Source: an uncultured virus (IMG/VR IMGVR_UViG_3300020048_000016) (taxonomy: Duplodnaviria; Heunggongvirae; Uroviricota; Caudoviricetes). From it: a DNA stretch of 64,000 nt. This document shows positions 59,388 through 64,000 of this stretch, one piece after another. The notes below the pieces were generated by a model. It saw only the letters and a program-made list of their open reading frames with translations. It did no database searches and had not been told where the DNA came from. Location of the stretch: IMG/VR virus record IMGVR_UViG_3300020048_000016. The stretch is one strand, 5' to 3'. A program made the translations under genes and the position numbers. Numbering within the stretch: the stretch's first letter is position 1; each line of letters opens with the position of its first letter.

Positions 59388-60353
59388 TCAGAAATCGTCA
59401 TCAAGACTTTCGAAATCTATACTTCTATCACTTGCTTTAGAATATTCTGATACTCTTTTTTCGAAGAAATTTCCTTTGTTTTGTAAAGAAAGCATATCCA
59501 TAAAGTCGAAAGGATTTTCAGCATTATAGAATTTCTTACAACCAAGTTCACTTAACCAATAATCAGCAACAAATTCAATGTATTGAGACATCAATTTTGC
59601 ATTCATACCAATTAAAGATACCGGTAAAGAATCAGTAACGAATTCTTTTTCAATTTCAACTGCTTCTGTTATGATCTCAGTTATTCTCTCTTGTGAAACT
59701 TTGTTTGTAATGTATTTGTTGTGTAACAAACAAGCAAACTCACAATGTAAACCTTCATCTCTTGAAATTAATTCATTAGAGAAAGCAAGTCCTGGCATTA
59801 AACCTCTTTTTTTCAACCAGAAGATAGAACAGAATGATCCAGAGAAGAATATACCTTCAACCGCTGCAAATGCAATTAATCTTTCAGCAAAAGAATCAGA
59901 TTCAATCCATTTAAGAGCCCAATCCGCTTTTTTCTTTACAGAAGGAACGGTGTCAAGTGCATTAAATAAATAATCTTTCTCTGTATCATCTTTGATATAA
60001 GTATCGATCAAAAGAGAATAAGTTTCTGAGTGAACATTCTCCATAGCGATTTGAAAACCATAGAAGAATTTAGCCTCAGGATATTGAACTTCTTTCAAAA
60101 AATTCTCTGCTAAGTTTTCATTTACGATACCATCAGATGCAGCAAAGAATGCTAATACATTTTTGATGTAGTGTTTTTCATCACTATTTAACTTTTCTTC
60201 CCAGTCAGTTAAATCTTGTGCTAAATCAATCTCTTCTGCAGTCCAAAATGAATGCTCAGCAGTTTTGTACTTCTCCCAGATGTCGTGATACTTCAATGGA
60301 AATACAACGAACCTACCTGAGTTTTCTGTTAATATATGTTCTTCTTTTTTCAT
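59388..60353 (-). CDS. nrdB: Class Ia ribonucleotide reductase beta subunit
   Basis: [54 protein letters not shown]. Confidence 0.95.
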   Translation of the reverse strand: MKKEEHILTENSGRFVVFPLKYHDIWEKYKTAEHSFWTAEEIDLAQDLTDWEEKLNSDEKHYIKNVLAFFAASDGIVNENLAENFLKEVQYPEAKFFYGFQIAMENVHSETYSLLIDTYIKDDTEKDYLFNALDTVPSVKKKADWALKWIESDSFAERLIAFAAVEGIFFSGSFCSIFWLKKRGLMPGLAFSNELISRDEGLHCEFACLLHNKYITNKVSQERITEIITEAVEIEKEFVTDSLPVSLIGMNAKLMSQYIEFVADYWLSELGCKKFYNAENPFDFMDMLSLQNKGNFFEKRVSEYSKASDRSIDFESLDDDF

Positions 60354-60408
60354 AAAATTTATTTTGTTTTTATTTTATATATTTAATTTGATAAAGTTTA
60401 TAATAGTT

Positions 60409-60511
60409 AAAAAAAAGAAAACCACCGAGGAGCGAATTCGGTGGTTTTCATATAGTACCCGTTGGGGCTTTAACTATATCCGGTCCTAAGTCGGATCATA
60501 AGTTATATATT
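60409..60511 (-). other. Short transcription unit: late-type promoter, 9-codon ORF MIRLRTGYS (60470-60499) / structured RNA, terminator
   Basis: AATATATA-4nt-ATG; hairpins; terminator GAAAACCACCGA...TCGGTGGTTTTC plus T run. Confidence 0.5.
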
Positions 60512-60601
60512 TAAAACTATAGACTATGTTTGGTATATAATCAAAAAATATTTATATATTTGCTAAAAAATATATACTCTATTAAATATTTATTTAACAA
60601 A

Positions 60602-61000
60602 ATGAAAAGACTATTTCTAGATGATTGGAGAATTCCAAGAGATTGTGCTACTTATATGTGGCGCAGAACTGATTGTCGAATATACCACGAAAAATGGGAT
60701 ATAGTAAGATCTTATGGACAGTTCGTAAATTGGATTAATAAAAATGGCGTTCCTGATCTATTAGCACTTGACTATGATTTAGCAGATGTTGTAGAATTAA
60801 AAGAAGAATTACCATTTGAAGAATGGTTTAATTTAGATGCGAATGAAGTTTACACTGGTGTAGATTGTGTTAAATATTTAATAAATTATTGTAAAGAAAA
60901 TAAACTTTCACTACCTGAATATGTTATTCATTCAGCAAACCCAGATGGTGCAGAATTGATGAAAGAACTTCTTGAAAATTTTAAACAAAATAAAAAATAA
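60602..61000 (+). CDS. Second cyclic-phosphate-processing receiver-like protein (paralog of 21227..21625)
   Basis: LFLDDWR.P...LDYDL...TG...IHSANPDG; start at ATG 60602. Confidence 0.75.
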   Translation: MKRLFLDDWRIPRDCATYMWRRTDCRIYHEKWDIVRSYGQFVNWINKNGVPDLLALDYDLADVVELKEELPFEEWFNLDANEVYTGVDCVKYLINYCKENKLSLPEYVIHSANPDGAELMKELLENFKQNKK

Positions 61001-61014
61001 TCATAAAACAACAA

Positions 61015-61245
61015 ATGCAAAGTTTTTTAGTAATAGACACAGAAGAATTACACGTTAAAGTAAAAGTAACGAATTCACAAATAAAGTTATTAACCCCAAT
61101 TATAAAAAAGGTGAACAAAGATTTAAAAGATTATAAAGAATCAGAAGGTTATTCATTATTTTTAGAAATTATAAATTCTATTTCTATAAATGAATCTATA
61201 AATGAAGATGAGATATTATCTATAAATATTGTTTACCATAATTAA
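61015..61245 (+). CDS. Hypothetical protein
   Basis: ORF in operon. Confidence 0.55.
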   Translation: MQSFLVIDTEELHVKVKVTNSQIKLLTPIIKKVNKDLKDYKESEGYSLFLEIINSISINESINEDEILSINIVYHN

Positions 61246-61247
61246 TT

Positions 61248-62156
61248 ATGAATAAAATTAACGTATTAAGTCTTTTTGACGGTATTAGTTGTGGTCACGT
61301 AGCACTAAATAAATTAGGTATTGAAATCGATACTTATTATGCAAGTGAAATCGATAAATATGCTATCTCTGTTACTATGGAGAACCACCCTGAAACTATT
61401 CAATTAGGTAGTGTTGTTGATGTAGATACAACTAAACTTAAACCGATCGATCTATTAATAGGTGGTAGTCCTTGTCAATCATTTACATTTGCTGGTAAAA
61501 GACAAGGTATGTCTACTACAGATAAACAAGAGATAACCACATTAGAACAATATTTAGATCTTAAATCACAAGGTTTTCAATTTGAAGGTCAATCTTACCT
61601 ATTCTGGGAATATGTTAGAATTTGGAAAGAACTTAAGCCTAAATATTTTTTATTAGAGAATGTTAGAATGGAACAGAAATGGAAAGATGTTATCACTAAA
61701 ACGATGGGTGTTGAGCCACACGCTATTAATAGTAATACTTTCTCTGCAACTAATAGACAAAGATTATACTGGACAAATATACCATTAGATAATTTACCTG
61801 AACAAAGTAAACTTGTTCTTAAAGATATCGTAGAAGAAGGAGTTGGTATAAAGTATCAACTTACCGCAAAACATCACCAGGGTTTCTTAAAAAGTTATAA
61901 ATGGAAACATTGTGAGTTACACGAGAAGTCAAAACCTCTTCTAGCGAGTTACTACAAACAACCACCACATTGTCCTTATATACCTTGTGATGTTTCAACT
62001 AGTGGTTTCAGAAGATTAACACCAACTGAGTGCGAAAGACTAATGGGTCTACCGACTGGTTATACATCGGTAGTTAGTGATACACAAAGATATAAATCAA
62101 CCGGAAATGGGTGGCAAGTGGACACCGTAATACACTTATTCAAGAATATAAATTAA
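61248..62156 (+). CDS. C5-cytosine DNA methyltransferase
   Basis: LSLFDGI, GGSPCQ, LENV, R.RLYW, R.LT..E.ERL.G, GNG. Confidence 0.9.
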   Translation: MNKINVLSLFDGISCGHVALNKLGIEIDTYYASEIDKYAISVTMENHPETIQLGSVVDVDTTKLKPIDLLIGGSPCQSFTFAGKRQGMSTTDKQEITTLEQYLDLKSQGFQFEGQSYLFWEYVRIWKELKPKYFLLENVRMEQKWKDVITKTMGVEPHAINSNTFSATNRQRLYWTNIPLDNLPEQSKLVLKDIVEEGVGIKYQLTAKHHQGFLKSYKWKHCELHEKSKPLLASYYKQPPHCPYIPCDVSTSGFRRLTPTECERLMGLPTGYTSVVSDTQRYKSTGNGWQVDTVIHLFKNIN

Positions 62157-62174
62157 TTAAAAAAACAAAAACAA

Positions 62175-62480
62175 ATGGTAAAGCACGAAATAAAAGTAGA
62201 ATTCACTAATACTGAATCTTTGAGACAAATCATCGAGAAAGCGTACTTCGAAGAAGGTACAATGGGTAAAATTACAGGTAATCAACACTATATTGTTGTT
62301 GAAGAAGCGGATGAAGCATACTCTGTTATCAAAGGGCTTCACAATGTAACAATCAAAGTTACAAATGATTTAATTGACGGATCTATGAGATTTATCATTG
62401 ACGAATCAAATGATGATTTAAGAATCTCGCCAATTTCAATTTATTGCATTAAAGAGGAAGAAAGATATATTTTCTATTAA
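62175..62480 (+). CDS. Hypothetical protein
   Basis: ORF in operon. Confidence 0.6.
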   Translation: MVKHEIKVEFTNTESLRQIIEKAYFEEGTMGKITGNQHYIVVEEADEAYSVIKGLHNVTIKVTNDLIDGSMRFIIDESNDDLRISPISIYCIKEEERYIFY

Positions 62481-62521
62481 TATATAAAAAGTCTTAGTGA
62501 CATAAAAAATTAATATAAGAT

Positions 62522-63538
62522 ATGATAAAATTAGATTGGAACGATATTTCTATTATTCCGGAAACACTTAGTTCAATTTCATCAAGAAGTGAAATAGATC
62601 CTTACTTAAATGGTAAACTACCTTTATTTACAGCACCTATGGATACCGTAATTGATGAAACTAACATTGATGAGTTTGAAAAAAATAATATTAACATTTG
62701 CTTACCTAGAAATGTTAAATACGATGTAGTTAAGAATGATAATTATTTTTACTCTTATGGACTTGATGAGATCATTGAGATATTAGAATCTAATTATAAT
62801 CTTCCTAAAAAAGTACTAATTGACGTTGCAAACGGTCACATGTTTAAACTTTATGAAGTATCAAAACAGATTAAAGAAAAATATGGTGATAACATAGAAC
62901 TTATGGTTGGTAACATTGCAAATCCTGATACTTATACTAAATTCTGTGAGATCGGTGTTGATTATATAAGAGTTGGTATTGGTGGTGGATCTGCTTGTAC
63001 AACTTCAGCAAATGTTGCAATACACTATCCTATGGCCACTTTAATTAGAGAGTGTAAAGATAGAAGTTATGGTTGGGATAAACCAACTAAGATAATTGCA
63101 GATGGTGGATTTAAAAACTTCTCTGATATTATAAAGGCTCTTGCTATGGGTGCTGATTATGTTATGCTGGGTGGAATATTCAATAAGTGTTTAGAAAGTT
63201 GTGGTGAAAACTATAACACTAATGCCGGAAGTGGTAGAGTAATAAGTTTAGAAGAAGCAACCGAAAGATTTAACTCTAATTTCATTGTTTATAAATACTA
63301 CAGAGGTATGTCAACTAAGGAAGTTCAGAAGTCTTGGAATAGAGCTGAACTTAAAACTGGTGAAGGTATTTCAAAATTCAATGAAGTAGAATATACATTA
63401 TCTGGTTGGGTAGAAAACTTTACAGATTATTTGAAGTCCGCGATGTCTTATACTGGTTGCAGAACACTTGAAGAGTATTGTGGTGAAGTCCAATGGATTC
63501 AAATAAGTCAAAATGCTTTTAATAGATTTAATAAGTAA
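62522..63538 (+). CDS. guaC: GMP reductase-like (IMPDH/GMPR family, no CBS domains)
   Basis: APMDTV, IDVANGH, GIGGGSACTT, IIADGG, YRGMS, SAMSYTG. Confidence 0.75.
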   Translation: MIKLDWNDISIIPETLSSISSRSEIDPYLNGKLPLFTAPMDTVIDETNIDEFEKNNINICLPRNVKYDVVKNDNYFYSYGLDEIIEILESNYNLPKKVLIDVANGHMFKLYEVSKQIKEKYGDNIELMVGNIANPDTYTKFCEIGVDYIRVGIGGGSACTTSANVAIHYPMATLIRECKDRSYGWDKPTKIIADGGFKNFSDIIKALAMGADYVMLGGIFNKCLESCGENYNTNAGSGRVISLEEATERFNSNFIVYKYYRGMSTKEVQKSWNRAELKTGEGISKFNEVEYTLSGWVENFTDYLKSAMSYTGCRTLEEYCGEVQWIQISQNAFNRFNK

Positions 63539-63572
63539 AAAAAAGCCGATCTAAATTTAGATCGGCTTTTTT
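63537..63572. terminator. Bidirectional terminator
   Basis: AAAAAAGCCGATCTAAATTTAGATCGGCTTTTTT palindrome. Confidence 0.85.
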
Positions 63573-63616
63573 ATTTATATTTCCATATAAATATATAAAA
63601 ATGTTGTCCTTTCCTA

Positions 63617-64000
63617 CTAGCGTTTTACCATTACGAACCAGCTACAATTTGATTGACCTTTTACCTCTTCTTCAACTTCTTTCACCTCTTCTTTGCCTTG
63701 TGATACCAAGTCCGCTGCTTGTATTTTCACACCACCTGGTAAACTGAAATCATATCTTCCAACCATATTACCAAGAGCGATCTTAGATTGACCAGTAACA
63801 TACTTAAAGAATAGATCATCATTGAATAAATTCTCTTTTGGTATCTCTGCATATGCTTCCATAATAACATCATATTTAATATTAGTTAATATATGAAGTC
63901 TATGATTTAATTGATTAAATTGATGTTTAAGAGTATATTTATTTAATTGGTTCATCATATCAGACATATTATCTAAAAGTGTTTTATAAGTACCTAATTC
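63617..64000 (-). CDS. 3' part of T4 gp13-like neck/head-tail adaptor protein (starts beyond the window)
   Basis: LPGGVKI...QGKEE...EEE motif of the gp13 C-terminus; frame open to the window edge. Confidence 0.75.
   Translation of the reverse strand, partial: ELGTYKTLLDNMSDMMNQLNKYTLKHQFNQLNHRLHILTNIKYDVIMEAYAEIPKENLFNDDLFFKYVTGQSKIALGNMVGRYDFSLPGGVKIQAADLVSQGKEEVKEVEEEVKGQSNCSWFVMVKR

Noticed and set aside
3512..60353. Introns or inteins in uvsX, clpC, purA or nrdB
   Set aside because: All are uninterrupted, with no insertion bounded by Cys/Ser...His-Asn splice motifs
4141..62342. Many 60-140 aa ORFs antisense to or nested within long genes (e.g. 4141..4563, 12895..13227, 14018..14338, 59671..59973, 52588..52791, 52670..52864)
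   Set aside because: Shadow frames of well-supported genes, with no motifs or promoters
1..64000. Alternative genetic code (TAG or TGA recoding as in some large phages)
   Set aside because: Conserved genes are full length in code 11, and TAA, TGA and TAG all end genes at sensible positions (e.g. TAG at 15175, 20915, 63617)
1..64000. CRISPR array, tRNA or rRNA genes
   Set aside because: No regularly spaced 25-45 nt repeats and no cloverleaf with a T-loop seen in the intergenic regions read by eye; a tRNAscan run would be the formal check
1..64000. Giant eukaryotic virus (NCLDV), suggested by GTs, Vsr-like nucleases and the eukaryote-like NrdB
   Set aside because: T4-like UvsX, gp32, gp13/gp14, overlapping operons, intrinsic terminators and Bacteroidota promoters indicate a tailed bacteriophage

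Overview
Very AT-rich, densely coding window from a large (jumbo-type) tailed phage with T4-like core genes: UvsX recombinase, gp32-like SSB, gp13/gp14-like neck proteins, a tail-tube-fold protein and NrdB. The host is probably a Bacteroidota member, since TAnnTTTG host-sigma promoters and an Hc1-like protein are present and Shine-Dalgarno sites are not evident. Standard genetic code. Accessory content: PurA and a GMP reductase-like enzyme, an N-domain-less ClpC, a three-gene nuclease/helicase/adenine-MTase island, a cytosine MTase, two homing-endonuclease-like genes, a ~15.5 kb nucleotide-sugar/glycosyltransferase cluster, and two large GT fusions (one with a TibC/Aah-type O-heptosyltransferase domain). 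The most striking unannotated structure is: (1) about 17 unrelated ORFs sharing an N-terminal MK(H/Y)LK(K/R)FNE tag that resembles the T4 capsid-targeting sequence, with cargo including an Acb1-like 2H phosphoesterase and ADP-ribosyltransferase-like folds; (2) a second shared peptide, R-D-x-K-I-D-x-I-L, in about 7 other small proteins; (3) three promoter classes, one placed almost invariantly 4 nt before the ATG (leaderless mRNAs); (4) two candidate structured RNAs. Two 10-N scaffold gaps are present (23177-23186, 49522-49531). All family calls come from motif recognition by eye; no database search was run.
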